Assembly (NCBI GenBank): GCA_965224085.1
Contig: CBDCYI010000004.1
Location: 960,001 to 1,024,000, forward strand
Reading direction: 5' to 3'
DNA from: Candidatus Marinacidobacterales bacterium
GTDB lineage: Bacteria; Acidobacteriota; Vicinamibacteria; Marinacidobacterales; SMYC01
DNA: 64,000 bases
Numbering within the stretch: the first letter of the stretch is position 1; the number at the start of each line of letters is the position of its first letter. The notes beneath the pieces were generated by a model that had not been told where the DNA came from, searched no databases, and saw only the letters and a list, made by a program, of their open reading frames with translations. A program made the translations under genes and the position numbers. Positions 63,835 through 64,000 of the stretch are shown piece after piece.

Positions 63835-64000
63835 GCTTCAGACCCACGGGCTCAGGCTGACGGACGCTCCCGTGGGAGTGTCGAGTCGAAAAGGAGGTGC
63901 GGGTCCGTCCGATCACCGCGCCGTCACCGTGATGGGAACGACGGTGATGGTCCCGGTACACACCAGGAGCGCGTCCGACTCACCCTACTCCGCGGAACCG
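63773..64000 (+). CDS. MSMEG_0568-family radical SAM protein (Nit1C cluster), N-terminus, runs off the window
   Basis: Manual translation ...ELQTHGLRL...[28 protein letters not shown]; GGAGG SD; follows the nitrilase. Confidence 0.8.
   Translation, partial: MLTERDLQSTLISLKQHLISELQTHGLRLTDAPVGVSSRKGGAGPSDHRAVTVMGTTVMVPVHTRSASDSPYSAEP

Overview
GC-rich bacterial chromosomal window. The gene content (PadR plus ADOP-type ABC permeases, PQQ/VPS10 beta-propellers, Hanks kinases) suggests Acidobacteriota; this is inferred, not proven. Housekeeping genes are intact: glnS, efp-epmA, xth, ahcY and a hybrid histidine kinase. They are interspersed with roughly 25-30 truncated, internally deleted, frameshifted or chimeric gene remnants, which points to active genome erosion. 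Mobile DNA: (1) a head-to-tail dimer of a 1684-bp ISNCY/IS5-like element with three copies of the target TAACTA, whose copies differ only by a 3-substitution cluster inside a hairpin covering the RBS; (2) an IS1634 with a CTAG duplication; (3) an IS110-family (IS1111-type) element inserted about 10 bp from the IS1634, whose 3' non-coding region carries recognisable target- and donor-matching guide segments; (4) a 189-bp TTAA-flanked MITE. There are three intact toxin-antitoxin modules and two remnants. Other oddities: a DapA homologue lacking its catalytic Lys and Tyr residues, an in-frame mini-ADOP, two sigma-54 promoters, a structured 320-bp intergenic region, and an alpha-2-macroglobulin gene joined to a Nit1C nitrilase fragment. 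No rRNA, tRNA or CRISPR array was seen. All calls were made by eye, without database searches.
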